From the NCBI RefSeq assembly GCF_011386835.1, contig NC_088793.1, positions 118,730,001-118,794,000 on the forward strand: 64,000 nucleotides of DNA, read 5' to 3'. The translations under genes and the position numbers were made by a program. This DNA comes from Chrysemys picta bellii. Lineage: Eukaryota. The stretch's first letter is position 1, and the number at the start of each line of letters is the position of its first letter. Shown piece after piece: positions 63,676-64,000 of this stretch. The notes under the pieces are model-generated. The model saw nothing but the letters and a program-made list of their open reading frames with translations. It was not told where the DNA came from and made no database searches.

Positions 63676-64000
63676 AACTATAAGCGTCATATGGATGGCA
63701 TGTATGGGCCTCCAGCAAAACGCCATGAAGGGGATATGTATAACATGCAGTATGGCAATCAGCAGCAAGAAATGTATAACCAGTACAGCAACACTTACTC
63801 TGGATCAGACAGGAGGCCTATCCAGGGACAGTATCCATATCCTTATAACAGGGAGAGGATGCAGGGCCCCGGACAAATCCAGCAGCATGGAATACCCCCA
63901 CAGATGATTGGTGGCCCCATGCAATCATCATCCACCAGTGAAGGTCCTCAGCAGAATATGTGGCCAACACGAAATGATATGCCTTACCCTTACCAGAACA
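63676..64000 (+). CDS. ARID1B: ARID1B large coding exon, 5' part (runs off the window): [108 protein letters not shown]
   Basis: Acceptor tctttttcag, open frame to the window end. Matches the recalled human [26 protein letters not shown]. Confidence 0.98.

Overview
Vertebrate genomic DNA, very probably a turtle (inferred from the repeat families). The whole window lies inside one + strand gene, ARID1B (BAF250B, SWI/SNF subunit). I read ten coding exons with canonical AG/GT sites (17954-18099, 27736-27845, 35113-35322, 38922-39126, 52386-52524, 53945-54117, 56371-56521, 57548-57664, 60191-60287, 63676->64000). They splice into one uninterrupted frame that includes the ARID DNA-binding domain. 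The introns hold two rearranged DIRS1-type retrotransposons, several hAT and PIF/Harbinger MITEs (some with clear TSDs, one nested in another element's TIR), CR1 remnants, a Penelope-like fragment and microsatellites. Most notable: (1) a 117-nt frame-neutral exon that resembles an ARID1A exon and that I do not recall in canonical human ARID1B; (2) a 220-N gap about where the 159-nt alternative ARID1B exon should be; (3) a minimal palindromic hammerhead ribozyme motif in the Penelope fragment; (4) candidate poison exons; (5) an element carrying tandem tRNA-like A/B-box units. I found no clearly new biological system. All family and homology assignments come from recall and visual comparison, not database searches.
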